Below, piece by piece: positions 1 to 13,500 of a stretch of 64,000 nt of DNA. Position numbers and translations under genes: made by a program. How positions within the stretch are numbered: position 1 is the first letter of the stretch; each line of letters begins with the position of its first letter. The stretch comes from Yuukianura sp. NJ FZ-2021 (taxonomy: Eukaryota): positions 7,192,001 to 7,256,000 of the forward strand of contig CM102290.1 in assembly GCA_046563655.1 (NCBI GenBank). The letters are read 5' to 3'. Under the pieces are notes generated by a model. The model saw only the letters and a program-made list of their open reading frames with translations. It did not search any database and had not been told where the DNA came from.

Positions 1-1697
1 TTCATCAATTGCATTTTCTTCCAAATCACGCACTCCCGAATATCAAAACAGGCTCGTGCAGCTAGTACTAATCCCACATTATCTAAAAACACAACCGCAA
101 TTAATTAAATTTTGAAAAATGCAGATAAGTTATATTGACTGACGCACCAGCTTCAGCTTCCAAAGACCTTCCGAACGGAAGCGTAAGGAACACATCGGTC
201 ATCTTCCCAATAAGCCATTGGGATACAGCAGTTGTAGCGTCTGGAAGAAAAGAAAATTTGACAGCATTTGTTAACTAATCAGTTGTAATAGTCAACTGAG
301 GCTAATTATTTTAAATACCTGTAGGAATTAAAGCCCAAAGTGCAAGAAAAGGTACAATCAAGAACAAATCCAGCAAATGTAGGAAACTTGCTTGTTCTGC
401 CTACAATCATTTACAGTTATTGTCATTTTAACGTTTGTTTCATTGATAGAAAATTGATGATACAGTGATAGAAAATTTTCTCACGCTGTGGTTGAGCAAA
501 ACATGACCTAAAAAAGGACATTAAAGAGTTAATTAAAGATAACTATAAAAAAAATAATTAATTCGAAATTCGGCATTATTCGGCATAAGCATTTCTTACT
601 AAGTTCATGACCCAAAATAATGGCCAAACGACTATCGCTGTCTCCTTCCTCACCAGCACAGAGGTCCAACAGTCCAGTGAAAACAAACACACTACCACAC
701 TTGCTTGGACAAAACAAAGAGACATTCAATTACTGGATACAATCATGAAAATAACAGTCAGACATTAAACGATATTTAATAATTGGCTTACACTCAACAC
801 AAAGGCATTAGCTATTTTGTCTTCAACTACAGTTATTGTCCACTGCTTGTCCTTCCCGTGCTCTCTGAGGAGATCTTTATTGGCTTCCAGAAGCTTGGTT
901 GCTACTCGATAAACCTGTTTATGTGCTGGATGGTCTCTATTTAGAATTTTCTCACGATGAGCGTCAACTAACTGCAAAAAAAAATGCATAGAATTAGTAC
1001 TTTTGACAATAACATTTCAGAACGTAGTGAGCTGCTAAGGTTACAACACACTAAAATTCCTTACAATATCCAACTCATGCCGAGAAATCTGATCAATCTG
1101 CTCATCATTAAATATCACAAAGCGTGTTCTTTTCGTAATTGGAGCTTCAGAGACATGGGAATAGTAGTAATACCAGGCGCCAAGTCCCAAACCTCCAAGA
1201 AGCGCTGATACACAAAAAAAAACGTAGAAAATGATAGCGAATTATATTCAATTATATCTGAGCTTGTTTTAACTGACCATAACAAAAATCCACTTACTAT
1301 AAATTATTGTACGATGTCTCTTAGCCGTTGCCGCATATTCTGTTTTCGCCTCTGCTGGAAGATTCGTGTACCATACACGAAAACGGCGACCCATAAAAAC
1401 AGCTAGGTACTTTCCAAGTTTGCTGGCAAGAACAAGCACCACTGGGGGGATGGCTTGACGAGGAGCTGTAGTCCTAAACGATCGAAACAATACGACACCA
1501 TTCCAATCTCTTCCAACAGCCTTTGTCTTGACCGAATTCGTATACAGTTGTAATGTCCGATATTGCGAATTGGACGGAAAGGACAACGTACGACAAACGA
1601 GCGTGTTGTAGCCTCTAGAAGAACCCAATATCTTGCATACGGACTTTCGAACTACACCGTCCGTTCTTAGCCACAGAAATCTTGAGAATGGGAACAT
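1..1697 (-). CDS. OMA1: Mitochondrial inner-membrane metalloendopeptidase OMA1 (peptidase M48), 3'-truncated by the window edge
   Basis: Phase-consistent GT-AG exons: 1697-1298, 1204-1065, 971-792, 699-600, 507-485, 400-319, 240-148, 82-<1. Translation gives an Arg-rich mitochondrial-type presequence, a TM segment (LLGGLGLGAWYYYYSHVSEAPITKRTRF), 'WTITVVEDKIANAFVLSCGSVFVFTGLL', the zinc motif LAIILGHELSH and 'LPFGRSLEAEADNVGLVLAARACFD'. All are typical of M48/OMA1. Confidence 0.93.
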
Positions 1698-2740
1698 GTC
1701 ATTAGGTTTAGAAGTATTCCTTCTCGATTACTGCAAATGCTTCAGGGACCCTACCTCTTGCCACTGGGATTCTTCAAACTAAATGAGACAACAAAAAGTG
1801 TGTTAGAACAATGGAAGTTTTGAAACCATCATCTTAGGTAAAGTAAATAGCTAACCCTTTTAACAGAGTTCTAGAATTTAGCGCTCACATTCAATTAAGC
1901 TAAGAAAAAATTGAAGGATATGACAATGTGTTAATTGAATGTTAAGTCGATAAACTATGGGTGAAAGATCGTAATTTAGTAAAGCTGCAAGATTTACCTA
2001 CTCCCAGATTACACGCACGAATGTTTCAGCTGTTGAACTGAAGTAATTTACTATCCCACTGATAATGATTTTTTCACCTAACTTTTATGACAATCTGGGG
2101 CCGATGAGGCAGAGGAAGGTCAAAATTAAGTCATCGATTCTAGTTGCAAACTAAGTACGGTAAATTTATCTCAAAATTAGATGACAACTATTTGGCGCCT
2201 GACGAAATTCGAATATCTTTTGCTGTCTTTCCAATTCCAATGATTTTCCACAACCACATGGACTTTAAATTCTATACTTTACAAACCCCGTGAATTATGT
2301 TTTTACGTTTTATGATGATTGTGTTGTTCTTGTTACGTTACGTTTTGTATTATGTTTTAACAAAACTTATTACAAATACCACAATCGTTAAGTGGCATTA
2401 CAAAACATCAAGTAATTACGATCTATGTGCCATTGTACTATTTCTCAACCCGCCTTTAGCCATTTATGCAAGGGAAAGTTATAAAAACGTAGTGAACTTT
2501 TACAAAAAATAAAGCTGGATTTTTCCAGGTTCGCAAAAAAAAATCAACGGTTTTGTTGAAATTTGATGCCCATGACGTCATCGTTGTTTGAGGCACTTAT
2601 GAGATTTTCAATTTAGGGCCTGGCCTCAGGAGAAAGCTTTCTCATTACGTTTTTAGATTTTAATAAATGTACTATTCCCTAGTTAATTTAATTCGTTAAT
2701 ATGATAAGCACAGTTACATGCATTGAAGTTTTTAACCAGT

Positions 2741-2746
2741 TTTATT
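2741..2746 (-). terminator. Candidate polyadenylation signal (AATAAA) of UFSP2
   Basis: TTTATT on the + strand, about 190 nt downstream of the UFSP2 stop codon. Confidence 0.4.
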
Positions 2747-2934
2747 TCGGATAATTACTTCGTGTTTGTGTAGAAAAATAGCGACAAGGGACTTAAGGAT
2801 TTTAAACGAATCACATCAGTATTTTTAATTATTTCTTGGGTGGTTTTAAGTGGAGGCTACTTGTTATAGTATGTAACAGTTAGAATTTAGAAACGGAATT
2901 AGAAAGCAAGGTAAATGGGCGTGGGCTAGATAAT

Positions 2935-5286
2935 TTAAATAGTAGCAGGTAGAATCGGCATGCAAACGTTATAGAAATCTGGTGGCGACCAGAACTTCCG
3001 ATCCTTCCACCCAACCCAGCCCTTGTTCAAAATTGTTTTCAAGTCATCACTACCAGTCCAATGTGGATCGAGGATCAGAAATGCTGGAGAGTCATTCTCC
3101 TCGTCAGACACACCAATGATTGTATGCGCATACATTCCACCACCAACCATAACCGGCGTCCCATTTGTCCGAAAATGATGAGCGATGGAAGCCAACGTAT
3201 CCCTGAAAAATATAATTTTTAAAAACTGTTGTTAGAATAATGCTTAGGTTTGCCATGAAGTTGGCCCTTGGAGAAATGTTACCTCGAACTCATCTCAACT
3301 CCACTGGACATTGACAAGATTCGACATGAGACACCAAGCAAAGCCTCCAGTACAAAACTAACTTCGGTTGACCCGATCCACTGCTTCGAACCCACGAAAG
3401 AACCAGGCTTATCTCCCAAACTCACCTAAAGTAACCAGCATGTGACTAAAGAATTCTGCTTCAAGTAGGTTAGCTGAAAAGTGATGTAAATCTTACGAGA
3501 CACTCTTGGATTTCCTTATGTGTTGGAATGGTTCTTGACGTGAAGCCCTGAAGACGAAACCAGCTTACAATAGTCTGGAGACTTCGATAGGCACAGCCCC
3601 AACCGTCATCATTGAAGTCATCCTGCATGTAGTGCTTGTATTCGTAATGGCCGCTCACCGTTACGGCACCACTTTTCTCTTTTATCTGAAGATGAGGTGA
3701 TATCAGGGCCGTACAATTTTGGAACAGGGCAGCAGGACGACGGAAGTAAGGTCGTGTTTCTTTTACGAAAAACAGTTCGTGCAGCTCTAGTCGCATCTCC
3801 TCTATAAAAGAAATCACAAGTCAGAACTCAGGCAGTGAGGATTAAAATCATTACTTACTACAGAATTGGACAGATGAACTTACTCAACTTCTCTTCTGAC
3901 GTCTGATTGGGATACATAGCCGAAACAAAATGCTGGGCGAAGGATGGCCAAAAATGATATACTTCCGGTTTCTCCGCTGAAATTGAGTTACAGAGTTGCT
4001 GGAGAATATTTTCATGGAACCCAAACTCCAGTTGATATAGAAAGGCCATGCTCAACTTCTTGTAGAGACGGTATCCCGGAAGTGAGTTTGGGACTACTAC
4101 CAGAAAGTCCATGGGCAAATAGTGCTCAAATAACTTGCAACGTGGGTCTACCAAAAGACGACAATTTAGATGTTCTGTTGGAGTATTCTTGCAAAACTCG
4201 TGCAAATTGGAAAGTAAACCAAGACAACTTACTAGTGTCAGAAATGAGAAGAGTAGCCTTTTTAATAGAGTTGCTCTTAGTTTGGTCGAACAGGATTTGA
4301 CACTGTACCAAAGAAATTCCAGGGCGGAAGTAGGATGTCTCCTTGTCCACTCCAAGTCCTTTCACTAGTTCTCCAACGCTCAAATCCCCCTTGGTCAGAC
4401 TTTCCTTCTCGGCAAGAATGTGACCGTGTCGTGGTAGCAGGGTCACACTACTTTTTTTGCCCAACACATAGGCGGCTTGATTCAAAACACGAACCTTATG
4501 GAAAGACACGGATTTGATTAAATCTGCAATCATGATCCTTAACCACCGGCAACTTTAACGTGGAGTACCTTAGCTTGCGAAAAACATTCCTTCAAGTCCT
4601 GAACTTCTAACTGACTGTAAATCAAAAACTTTCCTTGGACATGGAACGTAGAGACTGTCTTCTCCCAGAAGGTATCAGAACTGATAACATTGAGATGTAG
4701 GTTGATGGACAAGTCTAACCCAGTGCTGGCACTGACCTTTCCATCAACGACTTTCAGCACAACTACATCCTCCAGACTATCCATGGCCTGCTTAGCAACA
4801 CAAAAGAACATCAACGTTATTAAAGAACTCAGTGTTAATGCTTAATCGAGCTTTGTAACGTATATACGTAAAACTAAATAACTACTAACAATTATTCGAG
4901 CAGAAACAATCTGACAAAATGATTTTCTGTTGTACAAATGACTTACAGAATAAACGTCTTCCTGCTCTTCGTCTTCGTCAAACTCCACCAGTCCAATCAC
5001 ACATAATCCGTACGGCAATGACCGTTTGGCTAATTTCAACGTCTTGTCATCTTCATAGCGCAGTATGCTTACTGCAATCGGTACACCGGGGATACTACTA
5101 TGGCCATCCGGAAGACCAAAAATTACTCCACGTTTAATGTCTGAGCCGGATGATTTCTTCAAACGCTAGAAAAAAATAAAAATCAATATAATAGCTATTA
5201 ATTGACAATTACGTCAATTCTCATGAACAAATACTCTGTCTTACTTCGAACAACGGCTGAAGAATGTCTAATCGTTTTAAGCCCAT
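2935..5286 (-). CDS. UFSP2: UFM1-specific cysteine protease 2 (peptidase C78), about 573 aa
   Basis: Exons 5286-5245, 5165-4947, 4787-4569, 4494-4233, 4147-3884, 3801-3497, 3425-3283, 3202-2935 sum to 1722 nt with matching phases. Motifs include YEYKHYMQD, the Cys box [48 protein letters not shown] and the catalytic Asp-Pro-His box LILDPH. The long N-terminal extension distinguishes UFSP2 from UFSP1. Confidence 0.93.
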
Positions 5287-7515
5287 TTCCTGCAACCGGT
5301 ACAACAGTAAATCATTTTATCAATTTCCCACTCCAACCAGTTGCGACATGCGAGCACAAAGTTATAGGGTAGCAAATACATATACCTACCGAGTTAATTT
5401 AAGACAAGCAATTGGGCTGGACGATCCACCCACGTTGACCAGAATCACGAATGAACGACGGTTTCAAATTACTAGCTTGGCTTTAGCAGCACAAACGTGA
5501 TGAAGTTAGAACGTTGCCGTTACGTTTAACTAACTAAAAATGTTCGCAGTATTTTCAACTATAACGTAGTATTATTTATAGCAAGTATTCAGTTTGCAGC
5601 TGACGACGCAAGCAAAGTAATGTCTTGCCTTTCGTTATACGCCGCCACAAAGTTCCAATGGGCATAGAAGGGAGTGATTACTCTCTCCCTCGTACATTAA
5701 TCAATTAAGTTAATTAAACTTTGCAACTTATCAATTACATACCACAATTAACTGAAACTATTTAGTAGTTAGCCTAGTTAACTGACGTGTGATCCCTCTG
5801 CCTCACTTTCTGTCATTCGTCATATGGTTCGCTCCACACAACAGTATTCCTTCCACACTTAGATGGGAATGGATTGATTTTTATAATCATAATATAGCAT
5901 TGATAGACATAAATTGATAAATTTACAATGGAACTTGAGAACAACTTTATAACAAATAATACATGGATTAACATACTCATTTTATACTTGGGTTCAACAA
6001 TTAAATCTGCAGTCATGTAGTTGACCAGCAATGACGACTGGTCGGTTTAGTGTTACGCGAGTAATTTTTACTACAAACTAATGGTTTCTCTTCGAATGTG
6101 TAAAATTTCCCTTTTAAATTTTAAAAATTGGCGCGGATATTACATACCAAAAAACTTCCCAAGCCTATGCGTTTTCTTATACACATGAAATTCTTTTTTC
6201 GTCTATCATTTTATATTTTTCAGTTTCTATTTTATTATTTAAAAAAAAATAAATTACATCATCACCCGGTGAGAGTTACCATCTTATATTTAAAAAAAAT
6301 CCGGTTATTATAAGACAATTATGCTCCATGCTCGTAATGCTTTACTTTTGAAAGGACAATGATTGCTTAGAGATTCACAGACAGTCCCAAAATTATTTCG
6401 AAAAATTCCAAATGTTTTTTTAAGTTCAATGTTTCAAAAACTACGTTACATTAGTTAAGTCGTGGGGTTGTTGTAAGGCTGTTTGTCGTTTCAGCTCCAA
6501 GCTATCGGCTGTGTCGTCCTCAATTTTAATCTTCGTACTTATTAGCGTTGTTAATTTTTGTCTGGTTTTCAAATGACCTGTCAGATTAATTAAGTTCAGC
6601 TGCAATTGATTTAACTCTGCTAAACAAACCCTAGGAGAAGTTGCTTAAGTTGAGGTTGAGTCAATTGTAAAGCTCAAAGGTCTGCGGGTTAGGACGCCAC
6701 GCAAACCAACTCCTTCTGTACCGCAGCTTTTTGCATTTGAATTTCCCTGTGGACTTTACGTTTCGTTTCTAAGAACCACTTCAATTAATTTGCGTTTCCT
6801 ACTCCTCCAGTTTGTTTTTCCAGAAAAGTTGATCTTTCTTTATTAATCTTTCACGTACTCTGACCTTATCTCTCTTGTTCCAACTTTTTTGTTTGTTTCC
6901 AAGTCATAATTTAATATACGAGGCTGAATTTCACCCCGACTTGCGGTTCCACTCCGTTGTCGTCATTTCCAAAAGACACAAAAGGAGTCAGGACTAGTCC
7001 AAAAGAAACTTCGTGTCGCCGGAAGTACTTTCCAGGAAAGGCTTCGTTCTCCAGTCCCTACAAGTGACTTGGAACACGGTCCAATGTAGGAGTAAGAAGT
7101 TGTTGAAGTTCTGTTGGACTCGTACTACAGTCCTTCTCGTGTCTTTTCTTGTTGGAAGTTGATGATGATGAGGAGGAATTGGGTAGGAATTTTCCAAGCT
7201 AACTGATCGACGGTAGCTCCTTCGTCACTGTCCCAGTAGCAAAGACAAGATCGAGAGTGAAGGCGAAAGTGAAAGTGAGGGAGCAACTTTCTCCCTCGCA
7301 AAATGCTTTAAGAACGGAGCCTTCCGGATCTGGAAGGCCAGTTTGTTCTTCGGCTAGTCGCAGGCACCAAGTGCTCCCACGATCCCTAACCTAATCTAAC
7401 GTTTTCTGGTTTAAGACTTTTGTAGCGTTTAGGTGGACCCCATAAGAGCATGGTTCCACCGAAGTGGTGGGTGAAATACTAATCAAAAGTTCCTCCGCAA
7501 TAAAAACATACATTT

Positions 7516-7528
7516 GGGTCAAAGGTCA
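7516..7528 (+). promoter_or_regulatory. DR1 nuclear-receptor-type element GGGTCA-A-AGGTCA
   Basis: 13-mer matching RGGTCA-N-RGGTCA, ending 5 nt before the Ly6 ATG. Confidence 0.45.
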
Positions 7529-7533
7529 TCAGA

Positions 7534-10500
7534 ATGGAGTTGAGACGCCCTCTGGTCCTCTGCTCTCTCTCAGCCTTTCTCTTTGTACTTACTGGAGGTA
7601 AGTTTCAAAAAACAAACAAAAAGTTACTCTGTCCAGCACATTCCTGTCCAGTACACGTATAGTCTGATTTAATGAGCCAGAAAAGACTGGGAACTCGTCT
7701 GGAGTTGACACCCTCTCCAAAAATGCTCTCCTCTCCCTTTTGTTAGACTAAGTTTCCGTTGAGCCACTCCAGTTAGGACTCCGTCCAATTTCTATTTTCT
7801 AAAACCGAGTTCTAGATTTCTAGGGAAGGTAGAAAGTTAGGGTGGGTAGAAGTAAGCAAATTAAAGTGCAGAGCATTATGTCAGTGAGGTCGAAGACAGT
7901 TAGGGAAAGAGGGCTTCGTCCTTCCGCACCAAAGGACACCACTCCGGGACAACGGTTTCATCTGTCTGTTGGGAAACTTTTGGAGCGGAATGAGCTCGGG
8001 GGACGGTGGTGGGGCAAGCACAGCAGTAGTGCTACAAGTGACTTTTTCAAAGTTAACCCACCAGCAGCATTTCCAGCACAACTTGATTCCCACCCAGGCT
8101 CAATTCCCTAGGGGGAGGGGTTGCGATGACTTCTCCGTTTTAGTCTCGGCCCAGAGGACACACACAGTTTATCCATTACGACCATTATGCTGGAACTCAT
8201 TCATAAATCACTCCCAAAACTCAGCAACCTTAACACTAAACTGGAATCGGCGGGACAAACTGTGGGACTATCCTTATCTGTTTTGGCAGCGCACCCCGAA
8301 CCAATAAACGCTTTTGAGTAAACGGGCGGGAAACTGTAAAGACGCGCCAGAGGAAAAGTCAACTGTTGAGTACACCATAATGTGAATGACTGAGCAAATG
8401 GATTTGATTTGAATTGAGTTCTTATGGGTTTTGAAGAGCATGAATCTTGGAATTGGGCCCACCACACCGTAGGTGGTAACAACTCCTGGACAGCCCTTTT
8501 GCCATAACTGACTTAAGATGTGGTTTCCAGTGGCTGGAGGATGGAATTCCATGCTGCACAACTTTATAAGTTATGGTTGTTGGGGGTGGGGAAGGCACAG
8601 GGGTAGACGTGGAGTCATTGCAAATGGAAATTGCTAAACATTCGAATTCTAGCGCTCCTCTCCTTCCCAGTTTCAGTTGATGAGCATGGGAAATAGGGAA
8701 TTACATGAGCGTGTCCCAAAGTACATTTCTTTTCCGGAACTGACTGGAAAGTAGATCAAAAGAAGGAGGGAAAGTGTAATAAGAAATGATGGAGGTTATA
8801 AAAGTAAAAGAAGAAAAATAGTACGCCAACGTTCAAGTATTGGGCAATATGTTGGGCCTTGTGTGTCATGGTGTTACAAAAGGGAGTTGGAAAATGAATT
8901 GGTTTTGTTGCGTCTTCTTCTTTTTATAAAGACACGTCGTTAGCAGTCGTATAGGGACTCTATCTTTCCGCGCCCACCATTTTTTGAGCGTTTAAACCCA
9001 GAACAGAGATTTTAGCGGGGTTTAAATGAAGACAAAAGGATAGGGCGGGATAGCTGGTCATGAATTTGAGTTTGAGCGCATTAGTTCAAAGGTTTCTAGA
9101 CTTTAGGAATGAGTGGAAAGTGGCGAAATATGGTTATGATTTGCTACTTTCGTTCTGGCTATTATCCAGCACTCCCCGGAAGATTAAGACCACATTTGGA
9201 CAAGGCATAGGGTGTGAAAATTGAGAAATATGGTGGGTAGCGTCAAATTGACGTTGGAAGATTAGGGAATAATTATGATGTGTTATGGAGCTCTTTGGGT
9301 TTTGGTTGTAGCAAAATTTCGAATTCGAAACTTCGAACGTCTAAAGCCTACTGCAAAGCCTCCGCATGTTGTTGTGGATGATACGGCAGCTGGTGAAAAT
9401 GCCAAAGGGAACAAAATTTGCAAATTTTGGTTCTACCAAGACCAAACCTAACCAAAACCGTTGGCAAGGTTCACAGATTTTTGAAAAGTTACGGCGGGAA
9501 TGATGGGAGTGAAGCTTGAGCATTATTCAAGCGACGCAGGAACAGGAAGGAAGGCGGTTTTGGATGAACCAGGCCAAGTGAGCCTCTGTGGCCATTTTGA
9601 CTCAAAATTGAAATTTTATTTTATTTTTGCCAAAAACCACAAAGGTGAAGTCCCACTGTGCGGTGGGTCAGGGGCCCACCGCTCCTACTGCCACAAAGAA
9701 TCCCACCTCAAACGATGTCATCTTGGGGTTGGTGGTGGTGCGACAGGAAAATCAATAGAAAACTTTTCCCCAAATTGAGGAAACCATTTCATTTTTATAG
9801 GTTTTGAGCCTCATCACATTCAACTTCCTTCTCTCCTCCATCCATCCATTTGAACTCAATTTTCGTTTTTTTTTTTCAAAATTGGGAAAAGGTGTGTGTC
9901 ATGATGGTTTTCAAACAAGCAGTTAGTTACCTTTCCCATAACCCTTTGTTCTGAACGCCACTTCAAACTTCTCCATTAATCAGTTTCAAAATCTCCAAAG
10001 AAAGATCTACGAAAATTGCGAGATTTTTAAGTTTTTCCTTTGTTTTCATAAAAAAACAACTTCGATATGCCCGCCCAAAGTTTTAGTAAAAAATTATTTG
10101 TAACACGATCTGCGCTTCAACGTTTGTTCTAAAATTTGAAGAAGAGTTGATTTTTTTTACTTTCTTCTACAAAACATTGATATTCCGCGAGAAAAATTGT
10201 GGTCACAACACTTAAGCTTTCCTTAAAAATATATTGAAGACAGTCATTGAGCCAATTGTTGAAATAAACGGTTGTAAACCGGTGTACATAAGTAGCGAAG
10301 AGACCCGTTGACCTTTGACCTGGTACGCTATGGAGAGTTGTAGTGCAGTTCAGGAGTTAACCTGTAGGGTGGGTTCCCGAGATAATTCGATAATTGCCGC
10401 TGACGGCCGGCCAGACAGACAAGGTCGATGTATAAAGTAGCTTCGCTACTTAATAAATGCGGTGATTTCTAACGTCAAAATACTGCATGCGTTAGCAGTT

Positions 10501-13500
10501 ACAACTTAAGCTGAGGACTTTTGTAAAGGAGACTATGTTGAATAAACCTAAAACGTAGTAGAGCTCCGTGAGTCTTGAAAGAGAAAAGAGGTTCGTTTCT
10601 GAGTCCGTGATTCTTTTCATTTTCTTCCGTCGTATTTTTCTTTCTATTTGAAAAGTTCAATTCGGACGCATTAGTTGGTAGGTAGCTGGTAGGTGCTAGA
10701 AGTTCTTTTGATGTGGGTTTTCTGTGGTGGTTGAAACGTCGGCAGTCTTGGTGACAGTAGGCGACGGTTAGGTTGAAATGAACTAGGAGCCCTCAAGTCT
10801 GAAACGTTACGGGAGACGATACGTCTGTCACTGTTGGTTCTGGGATTCTATTATCACAGGAAGCTCCGACTCCATTCCAGTTCAGAAGTGTCAGGTTCCA
10901 ATTTCAGCAAAACACAAACTGGGAACGTGAATTTAGACAACGTCAAATGAGCGAACAGAATAATTTTTAATAAATGCACGAGGAAGCAGGAAACAACAGT
11001 TTATGGGTGGGTGGGCATTTTAGTCTTCCTTTTTGTACAAACTTTCTCAGGAAAGTCACATCCTAGTTTTAAAATAACATGGGAATTTGAGCTCACGAAA
11101 TGAATTTCCAGCCATTTTTTGTAATGTCGACGAAACACACGTAGATGAAAATCCAGTTTACCAAACTGCTTTTCCCAAATTAGGTGTCCAAATCCCTTCA
11201 ACGCTACTTCTACTTTCACCAAACAACTTTACATTCATTTTACTTTTTAACGTTGTACGGGCTTTACCAAATCAGGAAGAGGGAAAGTAAACAGGAAACA
11301 CGGAAATGACATTTACCAAAGAGAAAGTGAAAGAGAAGAAAGCTACCTAAGTGTAGCAATGGGAGTTAATAAGTTAGCTAACCCCGCCTCTACTACGTTA
11401 CGTTATCTGACTGCTCAAACCTGTGACCTTTGACCTCATTTCCAGCCTTAAAGGTCTTTTAATGAAGGGAGAAGGGATTTAGAAGGTGAATTTGGTTGTT
11501 GGTAATAAGGAATCACGAGGTCATAAAAGTTAATGCAGCGGAAGTTTTTAAGATTCCCAGTATAAGAGTTGATGCGTGAAATAAAATGACGGGCGTTGAC
11601 TGTGTCCGTATGTTTCACAGTGTTCGGGGGGATGGGGTTGACGGGGGCTAAATCCGAGAGAAAGTGAATCCATTTGTGTGGAGAAACTTTTCCAATTGTC
11701 TTTTTTCCTAATAAGTCTCTTCCTTCCAGTCACTTTGAGTCTGAACAGTCTCAGCATTTTTCCTTGTCTGAATATTTGCAGTAGGTGTGACTGAAGGTAT
11801 AAGGTGTTACCAGTGTGGAACCTTCTTGGCCACCACTTCCGTGTCGCCTTGCCTGAACTTTACGGGTATTCCCCTCAAGGATTGTCCTCATGCCTTCTGC
11901 TCAAAGTACGTTGGACTGTCGGCCACCGTCATCGTCTACGGTTGCGAACCCAACTGCGTCGAGAAACGTAAGTGAGAATTTGTGTATTATCATTAAGAAC
12001 ACTTTTGACACCAGCAACTAATTTTAGACACAGGAATCGAAACAGCTCACAGAATACTCATTTTAAAAAAAGGAAAAGTTTTGCTGTAAACAGCGAATTG
12101 AAACTTTCCATTCGTCAGCAAAAGACGTTTGAGTTAAATTAAGACCCAACACCAAAATTTTACGACACAACAAATTTCGAGGTTGAGGTTGCTGACACGC
12201 TCGCAAAAAAATACTCAATCGATTTAGCACTACCGCAAGCAGAGTTGAGTAATAGTTTATCAAATCAGAAGATTTGGCAACGCATTATGTCCTAGAAAAT
12301 GATCGTCGTTGACAAACAATGTTGACTTATGACAATTGTCACAAGTTTCATCAGTAAGTGGTTGTCCACTTGAAGATAGAGGGCAATCAGGACGTCTTTT
12401 ATCGCACTACAGTTTTCAAGTGATTGTGGATGGAAAAAATATTGGCCAAAAGCGATATCGGAAGTGCGCTTCTTTTTACCTCTTCAACTTTTCAGTTATA
12501 TTTTTTTTAATTTTTAACACACCTCATTTGTGTATTAACCAACTATTGACGCTTTGAACTTTGGAGTGTTACGGTACGTGTCAAACAAGGTACGCTCCAA
12601 GAGGAGAAATTCTGAAATTTGAGCAGATTAGGACATAAGGGATACTATGATTGATCAGTTTTTTAGAACTGCTTGAAACCTTTCACTTTTCACAAAAGTC
12701 ACTGGGGTTTGCTAGCCGTCGGCAACTGACGCACAGCCAGTAGAACACAGCGTAGCAAGCGGTTCCTTTCATGTAACATATTTGAAGAACCAATCTGACT
12801 TGCATAGGATTCCATTGATCCAAAGGCATAACGCATGCATGTATCCACGAAACTTATCTTGTCCTCTATGGCCTGTCAGCAGCGTCTGTCCGAATTCCCA
12901 GCGACGCCTCCGTTTTCTCCTAAGTTAGGACCCCCTCACATGCCTAATCCAAATAGACTTTTAGACACAAATGTATTTTAGCGGATGCTGTTGGCAGAGA
13001 AATTAGGATCCTGGGCAGACTGGTTCATTTAGCAGAGTGAAAATGACTCAACGTAGTGGCTAGGCGCAGTGCTGTATTAAAATGGACCCATGATTTGATG
13101 ATCGTGACGGGTATGGTTTATATATGGTTCTGTAGAGCTCCAACCTAAGGAACAACCATAACCATACTTTCACTCCAGTGTTTTCTGGTGAAAGCCAGTC
13201 AGTAATTGTACGAGACCTAAAAGGCCAAGTCAGTTTGAAGGGATTTAGCAGGAAAAGTGTATATCGGACGCAGGTCAGCCAGATGCTGCCCTCGTCTTTC
13301 CCGCCAACACGGTCCTTCTACTCTGCTAACAGTATCTTTAAGTCTCCACCGTAGCAGGTGAAATGGTCAAAACAATTTGGCCAAAAGTGAAATGATCAGA
13401 GGTGAAAAGGCCAGAAGTGAAATGGCCAACAAGTGAAAATATCAGAATTGAAATGGCCAAAAAGTGAAAAGGCCAAAATCTAAAAACGCCAAAAAGAAAA

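Noticed and set aside
4126..4568. Apparent frameshifts or pseudogenisation between overlapping UFSP2 ORFs
   Set aside because: Resolved by canonical introns 4568-4495 (74 nt) and 4232-4148 (85 nt), which restore the frame.
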